A stretch of DNA of 64,000 bases from Trichoplax adhaerens (lineage: Eukaryota > Animalia > Placozoa). Shown piece by piece: positions 54,515 to 64,000 of the stretch (position 1 is its first letter; every line of letters starts with the position of its first letter). The position numbers were made by a program, and so were the translations under genes. The notes under the pieces are model-generated. The model had not been told where the DNA came from and did no database searches. It saw only the letters and a program-made list of their open reading frames with translations. Location of the stretch: contig NW_002060947.1 in the NCBI RefSeq assembly GCF_000150275.1, positions 2,283,740 through 2,347,739 on the forward strand, written 5' to 3'.

Positions 54515-57027
54515 ATGTCTTCAACGAAAGATAAACGAGGAGTGCAGATGAATAAACCATCACCGATAAAGGATTTCATCTCCGGAGGTATCGGTGGGAT
54601 GGCGATTGTATCAAGTGGTCATCCGCTAGACACGATAAAAGTATAGAGTATAGTTAGGATTATGGTATACATATCCGTTTTTGTTACGCTCCTAATATTA
54701 TTATATGCTATAAGTCATTGATATTCCCAATATAATATGTATCGCGTGCATATATATATATACTGTACATAGTTTGTAGAAATGATAAATCGCATGTGCC
54801 ATATCATCGGAAATGCATTTACAGGTCGTATTTCAGTTGAAAATACTGTCAATATTATACTATTGATTTTGCCCTAATGGTTTCTGTGCCGCTTGTTTCT
54901 ACTGTATAGGTTATTGATAGGTGATAGTTTACAGTACAGTTGTACACACGTAAATACTCAGCTGTTTATAATTATTATTATATTTGCAAACACGATTATG
55001 TTCTGTTACGATTAAATAACTAAATTAAAATTGATGATACTTATACGGTATACGTTGTATATATGACCTTTAGGTTCGACTGCAAACGCAACCAAAGTTA
55101 AAGCCAGGCGAGAAGCCAAAATACTCAGGGACTTTGGATTGTTTTAAAACGACCATAAGGAATGAAGTACAGTGAAATAATATGACTTTATGACGTAAAT
55201 TAGCTTTGTGAAACAGTGCTTTATTACGGCGTTTAATACTTTTTGTAATTGAATGAGCGTACTCTAGTTTAAATGCTTTTTGAGAAACAATTAAAGTATT
55301 GAATTTGATATATTTGTAAAGGGTTTAAGAGGATTATATAAAGGCATGGCTGCGCCTCTAATTGGAGTAACACCTATGTTCGCCGTTTGCTTTTTTGGGT
55401 TTGGTATCGGAAAAAAACTGCAAATGAAATCTGAAAATGATTCATTGAAGTAATACATTTATATAGATTATGATACTCGGAGTGGATGTGCATACGTTTC
55501 TTGTTAACTAGTCCTATCATAGCTCCTTTCAGATATTCAATGCTGGGATGCTATCTGGACTACTTACTACTGGCATTATGGCGCCTGGGGAGAGAATAAA
55601 GTGCTTAATGCAAGTAAGGTAGTACTGTGACAATGCTAGTGTAAGCGGGGATTGATCACATTTTATGATATTTTATCAACTTCTAATCCTGTAAATGATA
55701 TCCGTTTAGCAAATATAAATATTTGTCAATGAAACTTTTCTGATAGATACAATCCGATTCGGGGAGTGCAAAATATGCTGGGCCTTTAGACTGTGCTAAG
55801 CAACTGTATCGTGAATCAGGAATTCGTGGCATCTACAAAGGCACATGTGCAACTTTACTACGAGGTAATGCTACACTAAGTATACTTGTAACTCAACATT
55901 TGTCGCTACTAGGGACTGCCCTTGTTGCTACAGTAGTGGAAAGAGTAAGTATCTTGAATGTTAAATTGCTAGCGCTATATTCGTGGCTGATAGCATGTAG
56001 CATAGAAAATATTTTCTGGTTATTGTTTCGAAATTGCCTTGAGGAGTGTTATCTTGACACGTACATGGCATATCATACACCTTTCTAAAGTTGCAAAATT
56101 ACGAGATTGCATCATCGAAATTTTCTCACGTACATTGATAGACGTGCCAGCTACTGGAGCTTACTTTACCTCATATGAGCTACTATTGAATACGCTAACA
56201 CCTGAGGGAAAAAGCAGGTCTGATTTGGGGCCTTTTCGTGTATTGTTTGCCGGCGGTTAGTAACTTTAAGCTGCGCATGGAAAATATAACATTTTGGTTT
56301 ATTAACCGACAAATATAAATCGATCGTGATCAACTGTAGGAATGGCAGGTGTTTTTAACTGGATGGTCGCACTACCGGCAGATACACTGAAATCTCGGTT
56401 GCAAACAGGTAGGGTGATATAATGCCATATACGTATATTGTATAATATTTGAATTATTTGCGTATTAGTATACCTATAATATATAACATGTGCAATATTT
56501 TTGTGTTATTAGTGTCCACTTATACATACGTATACTAACGTAGTGTAAGATTCTTTTGTGTGTCGAATTAATTATATTCGAAAGTTTAGGTTATTTTCTT
56601 GATGACTTTCATATTTATATGATATTATTTAAGCTCCGGAGGGGAAGTATCCGCGTGGTGTTAGAGATGTTTTTCGCGAGTTGGTAGGTCGCGATTTAAT
56701 TTACTGCTAAGTAATGTGAGGATCGTTTCGCTTATATTGATTGCATTCTTTCGATATTCGTTGGATGTAGATAAGAGAGGAAGGTGTAGGAGCGCTATAT
56801 AAGGGCATTACGCCTGTAATGTTAAGAGCTTTTCCAGCAAATGCAGTACGTAATACAGATAGTCATGATTATGTGGAATTGCTTTATTATTGCAAAGAGC
56901 TTTCTATTTATTATCTACTTATAGATATACGTAAATCACTAATTACTGCACTTGCTTATCATAGGCATGTTTCCTAGCTGTAGAGATTACCATGAAAATT
57001 TTAAATTGGATTGCGCCGAATCTCTAA
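54515..57027 (+). CDS. SLC25A20: Mitochondrial carnitine/acylcarnitine translocase
   Basis: [117 protein letters not shown]-terminus LNWIAPNL*. Confidence 0.93.
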
Positions 57028-59097
57028 TCTAGAACATAATCGTCGGCTTGTTGCTAATAATCATGATTTCACGAATTAATTTAAGCTTATGTATGTTTTG
57101 ATATATACATTTTATATATTCGAATAATAAAGTTACTATTGAGGCCTACAACTGCAGCTGAATAAGAATTCTTGGACAGTGAGTCATTAATGAGATGATA
57201 AATCTTTCGTCTTTTGATTCTCCGAAATTAGAGGCTGAAACTGTCGAATTCTACTATTAACTTTCGTTTACAATCCATAAAGTACTTAATCATTTTCATT
57301 TTCTTTGGGTAGTTTTAATAATGCACGTTTTACGAAGCTATTTGTGTGTTACTGTACTGGAATGCATACATTCAAAGTCCATAGATGGTAAACCTAGTCT
57401 TTCTTTGGTATTACCCGATTTTCAAACCGGCGCAATGTTTGTGTATTCAAATACCTCCAGTCCTTTCATCTTTCAGATAGTATAGGCAAATCAAATGAAT
57501 TACCTTACTGTTTGAAAGAGCATTCTGCAAAATGGAGATGATTATGCACTGTAGTCTGTAGCATGATAGCCTTATTATGTGTTGTACATTGTATGCACCT
57601 GAAAGTAGCAGCATCTTTCTGTAATGCCGAATAGGATATTGCATTTAATTCTCAATTTATAATTAAGATCAACAACAATTTTTAGGAATAAATTACGGGT
57701 ATTTTTCTCTAATACTACACGTTTAATAAATGTCGCATTTTGTATCCTGCGTCAATCTATAACATCGTATAGTCTTTATCTCATAAAGACACTTAATAGA
57801 GAATCGTATGGTGAAATTTGTGCGTTAACTAATTTTTTTAGATAAGCCTAAACGGCTGCAGAAAAGAGGCTTTATTGTTTATTTGATGAACTATCTCATC
57901 CCCTGCAGCGCGCTTAAATTACTGTTTCAGATGAGCAAACTTGTGAAAGATCTTTGTGATACATTTATTGGTGGCTCAATGTACTTTAATATACAAAGTT
58001 TAACTGGATTTGCTACTAAGATATTAAACGATGCACTCATCCAATTTCTGAAGCTTTTATGCGGTTTTGTATTGTTTTATACTTATTAAAGTCATGACAT
58101 GCGTACATGAATGTACAGGTATGCTCGTAGATTATATTCGATTAGATATATTATTGATGTAGTACAAGTGAATAACATTTTATTATACAAGTATTTAAAA
58201 CGCTCAGTAGGAATTGCTACCTGCCTATATGCTGCATGCAAGAGACTACGGAAAAAGATTTTCACGTTTTTTTTTTTTGCATGCAATGGGACTGGAAACG
58301 AGCTGAAAGGCAATCAATTGCTATCGAAACAGATTTAAGAAATTATGGCGAGTCAACCCTTTAATTAAAGTTTGTTTCAAGTGCTGTAGTTAAGTCACAC
58401 TCATAATATATATGTTATATACGTATAATTCCAGGAATAACCAGCTATTTACTACAAACAGTACAGTTCACAGTGCAAGTGTAGATCATAGGTCAGGTCC
58501 GAATGAAAATAGGCTTAAATTGCAAAAAGTGCTTTATTATATCATTAATTAACCATTTGCATTTGCAATAAATTCAAACTGAAGTGAGTTTAACAGAACA
58601 AACTCTTAATAGTACGATTTCATATAGTAACTTTATTTCGTATTTTGACGGAGAAAATTATAGTAATTCTTTGTGTAAGTTAAACTGCAGATATCGTTTT
58701 GATAATAAACACTGACGTAACAAATACATTTTCAAAAGCAGATAAGAAAATCGTTTAACAAGAGACCTTGTAATCAGTTTCAATTTTAATTTCGAAAATA
58801 AGGCATGAGTGCGAATTATTTCTTTTGAATAATAAACTTGTTGCAACTTGGAAATATAACTTTAATTAGAGCGTACAGCTCATTTCAATATCTTTGCGTG
58901 CGTAATAGATCATAACCTCCATAATTAACTCCTAACAACCGGATCAAATTTATACATTTTTACACAGAATCGATTTTGTGAAGTAAACATCTACTATACT
59001 CATACAATCTAATAATCTCGGGAAATGAACAATGTCTGCAAACACTACAGCAAAGCAACCGCAGTTATAGTATTTGCAGAAAAGTGGAAGACAACTT

Positions 59098-62000
59098 CTA
59101 CATATTGTGACCAGACATAATATTCGCAGTATGCTGAGGTGCAAGTAGGCCAATCCTTTGCTTTTGTTTTCTCTGTTCCATCATCTATTTTAATTTAAAT
59201 TAACAAAAAGAACGTAGATAGTAACTATGCAGTATTGCCAAAAAAGATTTATTTCTACTAGTCGAAGGTACCTGATCTTTCAATTCATTGAGCTGTTGAG
59301 ATAAGTTAAGGACTAGAGTATTGGTTGCCTCTAACTGATTTTGTAAGTTTCTCAGTTCGTTTTGCTCACTGTCGATTTCCTCGACTGAGAGTGACATAGC
59401 TCGCATCCGGGGAAACCAGTCCAAGTCATGGCGCTATACAAGTATAAAATAAAATTTATCAAGGAATGCTGATAAGTGTCTTGTTTCATATTCATCGTCT
59501 AGGAATGTACCTTTATCATTTCGTATACATAACTTTCAGGACCGGTAAATTCAGTTGGATCTTTAACTCTGACTAATACAATGAAGTACAAATAATGCCA
59601 CATATTGTGTTCTTCTTTTGTGTGTTCCTCAAAAGTGACTGATTTATTATCAAAGTTTGCTCTGTCGAGACCTATGATTAGTAAATATTTTAGTTTTTAA
59701 AATATATTGTTTTACCAACCGCTGAAGAATCTTACCGCAGATAAAGCATGTATTTTTCAGAATTTCTTCTTTCTGCTGTTTCTCACTTCTCAAATCAGCA
59801 AAAGTGTCGATGATTACACCAAAGATGAGATTCAACACGATGATAATAACAATAAAGAAGAAAAGGAGGTCGTAAACAACGCGGCCGACAAAAAGAGGCT
59901 CCTAAAAGAAGTAAGAAAAGGTTAAATCTCTATTGTAAAGTTTAGTTGTAATAAAAATCCGGTAAACTCTGCATTTCAGCAATTACTCTTGAAGAAGGCT
60001 TTCTAAGAACATCGCCTATACCACCACCATTTCTGAGACCCTGGTTCAAAGTAGTGATAATGCACATCAACAATGTGTCACAAGCTCTCTCTTTATCCGA
60101 ATCGTATTCTATTTCGTCATCGTCGTCCTCTTGCCCTTTCATAACTGTGGCAAATTTTATATTGCGATCGTTATGCAAAAGAAGGCTAGTTAAAGTCTTC
60201 TTGCCATTAACAGGGGCTTCTTTACAACTACCATCGGGGCAAGAGCCAGAAGAACTATTTTTGGCCTTTTTAATAACTCTCTGTTCAGATTCTATTATAA
60301 AGTCATCCTTAAGATACAGGAATCCAACAATTGAAAATAAGTAAACCAAAATTAAGGCAAGCAGAGCTGTCAGTAATATTGAACGGCCGTTTCTAGTTAC
60401 GCTTTTTATCACATTAATGAGAGTTTCTTCCCGATAGACCACGTCGAATAACTAATGAAATTATATTTATATTAGACAGAGAGAGAAACTGTATGTTTAA
60501 ATTTGTCGAGAAGATTAATTGAAAGATTATAAAATACTATAAACATTCTAACTCACCAATAAGCTATAAAAGAATTCATGAACGCATAAGCCCAGGATGC
60601 AAATAATTAAATAAACTAGGTGATATATTAATTCTACGTCGCTTAGTAGCTGCCAGTATCCTTTCGAGATCTTTCCTTTGTTGGCTAGCCAACTTACCAT
60701 AAACGTAATCTTGACCGTTACCTAGTAGTGAAAGTAGTGAAGCACCGTTAAACTGGAACAAAGGTAGTATAAGCGTGATAACATGTCAAAGACGGCAAGA
60801 AATTAACAGTCTACCACTTCGATAGCTATACACTGTTATACAAATAGTAACTAGTTACTTATAGGACAGATATGATTTTACTGTCTGAGGTAAGTCAAAA
60901 ATCATAATAGGGTCATGTATTACAATTACTATCAGTATACAGTATTTCCCTTTTAAACATACATTTAGCAATCCTAGCAACGCCACTGTCGCATCTAGTC
61001 CTACTGAAAATATTAGGCGTAAGATAGTCGAGCCAATAAACGTTCGAATGCCAGATGGACGGGGTGCAGTAAGAATTACTGCTAAAGAAATTATCATTGC
61101 AGTCCACACTAAAAGCGACAACCTGGGATCCAGATCTAAATTGCATTTGTAAAAGTGTCAATTCAAACAATGAAGTAGTGATTCATCGTGGTCAGAAATT
61201 TTAAGACGTTTACCTCGAGTATTGACTGAAAAGGGATAAAAAAAAGCTACGAAAAGATTAATTAGGACAGCAAAGTAGAAGCAAATGTTTCCCCAAACAG
61301 TCATTTGGCTGCTAAACCAAAAAAATATTCGGTGACCTATATAGAACAGGATGAACAGGATAAGTAAAACGTAACGGCTGTCAGCTAAAGATTAACTTTT
61401 ACTTCTTAGTTTCTTCTGCCACTGCATTTCCTCAAACATATCATCTCCCTTTAGAAAGAAATCTGAAATCTATAGAAAGTTTGTGTTACAATTTGAGCTA
61501 CAATTTTTTTATAAATAGCAAAGGAATACCGGATGGTTACCTTACTGCCCTGGTCGTCTCGTTCAGCTGTATGGTATACTCTGTTCTTAGTTTCTTCTGT
61601 TAAATATTCACATAATGGAGGCACCGGGAAAACAATCCTTTCCAGAGTACGGTCTTGTCTCACGATCTACAGGTAGACCAGTAGAGTGTTAGTAATTAAT
61701 CAAGAATGAAACAGTATCTATGATAACAACATTAGTGAACCTCAATCTGGGCGGTATGCGAGGCGTAGTACTGTAGAGCTCCTTCCTGGGCATTTACAAC
61801 TTCGTCCTCTGGATCACTTTTTAGCAGCGACTGCAGGTCTTTATTGTGCTGAACCAACTAATCATTTAGGTAAAGTTTAAGCCTGTTAGTAACAAGAAAA
61901 ATAGCGAACTCATCTACTAGCTACTCATACCTGATGCGCAAGGATAAATATATTATGTCCGACTTCCAGTGGTGAAATTTGGTTTTCTTCATCGTCTTCA

Positions 62001-64000
62001 CCAATATCAATTTTTGCTCTTTCACTCATTCCTTGTTTGTAGGCTTGTCGACAAACATCAACCTAAAAATTTGGAGTGATATTGATGAAATTGTACAGTT
62101 AATTTGCTCAATTATGACATAAGAATATATAACCTAATCAGAACGTAGATAAAATTAATCAATTAGGACATAAGAATATGTAATCAAAGAGGATAAATAT
62201 ACCAATTGCTTCGGACTAATATGCAGTAGAATACGGTCGGCATTTTCGCTATCATGTCTGCTTTCCATGACCGCTAACAGTAGCTTTGAGGCATTATTCT
62301 AGTATCATAGTAATATACCATAGAATAGAGTTAAAACAAATAAATAACACTTAACTTTAAAGAAAGCATACTTTAAGCTCCAGCACCAAATCCATGCGAT
62401 GTTTTCCAAGTGGATTAATGTCATTTAAAACGAGGGCAGTTATGATGTCAATTCCGTTAGATTCATGCGATGCGATACAGTTCTATTTATGTAAATTCAA
62501 TTTTGAAGAATTTAATTATAGTCAACTCTCAAAAATTAGTCCATTGAGTGTTGGTAATTGAAAGCAAACGCATTACTTGATTTTCGTGACAAGGACCCTG
62601 ACAATACTCTGTTAAGCTCTCTAGGCACTGATTAATAAGACCAACATTATGCTCATTGATGTACAAGCCGAGAAGCCCTAAACCCCCACTGGTACTGCCA
62701 CAAATACAGTCTAAAAATTGCAACGCTTCCAGAACAAGGTTATAGTTGGTCTTATTATCCTGCTTCCGAATATAGTTCTAAACAGTTATAAGGATTAACG
62801 AAAGCATAAATTAATCGACAGGATCATTGTCCGCTTTATCCAAATGCGAACATGTAGTGTATCGCTATACAACATTCGGTAAAGGTAAGGAAGTATCATT
62901 ACCTGTAAGTCTAGATTGTGGTTTTCACATAGTAACTGCAAGAAGCGTAAAATCGGACCCATGCACATTATTTCAGGCGCCATCATGGCTTTTTTCGCAT
63001 CACTTTTTAAATTTTGGACTCCCGTTCCGGCTAACATTTCTGATGAAACTGCTCCACTACTACTAGATAAATTATGACCAGAAGATCTAGTGTTACTACC
63101 ATTGCCTTGAGTGCCGTAGTTTGACTTTTGTCCATCAGTAACTGGAACGCAAGCGAATGACAAATGTTTTTTAGAGTTTTAGCCAAACGGAATCGATGCA
63201 AATACTAAAGTTACATGGGACTATCACAAGTATTGCCTACCTTGGTCGGTAGTCATTAAGCTAATACTATTTTTTATTTCTAATTGCGCTTCTTTCATTC
63301 TATCGCAAATGCATTTGAAAAAGGCTTCGGATTTCGATTGGCAAAATCGGTCAAAAAAGGACGCCTATTTTAAGAAGGGAGTTATGTAATCACTTCAAAT
63401 GCATATCTAAATCTAGAATATTGAAACAATGTAAAAATTTAAAGCTTTAAGGTAACCTGTATAACACTATTTCCTCCTTCCAAAAGAGCAATTCCAAGCT
63501 CTATACTTTCTAAGAAAACTCGACGACTGATACTCGTCATTACAAGATCAATCACTAGATCAGACGCCCCGTTTTTATCAAGCTGACATTGAATCTGGCA
63601 AAGGGTCATGTCAATTCGGGACAGCTTTACATTTCCGGGATGAGAATCAACATGAACAGAGATTCGATCCATTTTCGGCTTTCCTAACGAAATAACACCG
63701 TGGGCTCTACTATTATTTCCTGTTGAAATTTCACCATTACTTGTTAGTTTCAGACTGCCATCAATACTCGGCCTACGAAAATTCTTTCCGAAGTATCTAA
63801 TTAATAAGTTGTTACGTAATTCTTCTCCCTGGGTTTGTTAAAATAATAAATTTCCAGTTATTTAAGCGCTTTAGTGATTCCTGAGATATAATGGTTTAAT
63901 CGAGACTACCTTGTTATTAAAGCCAACGTCGACAGTCATCATCTCTCTTAAAATTTGTAGGACTTTCAAGCATAAATTCTCTTCACCTTTGTCCAATAAC
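59098..64000 (-). CDS. ITPR1: Inositol 1,4,5-trisphosphate receptor, 3' portion (gene continues beyond the window)
   Basis: [43 protein letters not shown], pore [53 protein letters not shown]; last exon [14 protein letters not shown]...NM* with stop at 59098-59100. Confidence 0.96.

Noticed and set aside
62108-62200. Short duplicated segment in an ITPR intron
   Set aside because: Ordinary small intronic tandem duplication.

Overview
Eukaryotic, AT-rich, intron-dense animal DNA, almost certainly the placozoan Trichoplax (judged from the HIF-alpha ODD DDLAPFVPPP, the FFNP/WPPF/RWamide peptides and the compact introns). Left half (1.4-35.5 kb): the oxygen sensor PHD/EGLN (+) and its substrate HIF-alpha (+) are interleaved with three neuropeptide precursor genes, in the order PHD > RWamide > WPPF > HIF-alpha > < FFNPamide. 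The FFNPamide gene is almost invisible to the ORF track. By hand I reconstruct ~37 coding exons, all separated by phase-1 introns. About 30 of these are 27-33 nt micro-exons that each encode exactly one peptide unit, amplified as a ~132-bp exon+intron tandem array, plus one dead copy with a mutated donor. Right half: IQUB (+), an SLC26 anion exchanger (-), SLC25A20/CACT (+) and the 3' part of an IP3 receptor (-). Non-coding signals: an HRE cluster upstream of PHD, TACTGTACAG palindromic satellite blocks at the 5' ends of non-peptide genes, a cluster of long hairpins, two identical 58-bp Helitron-like 3' ends and one 50-N assembly gap. All exon coordinates were derived manually from GT-AG sites and reading frame and need RNA-seq confirmation.
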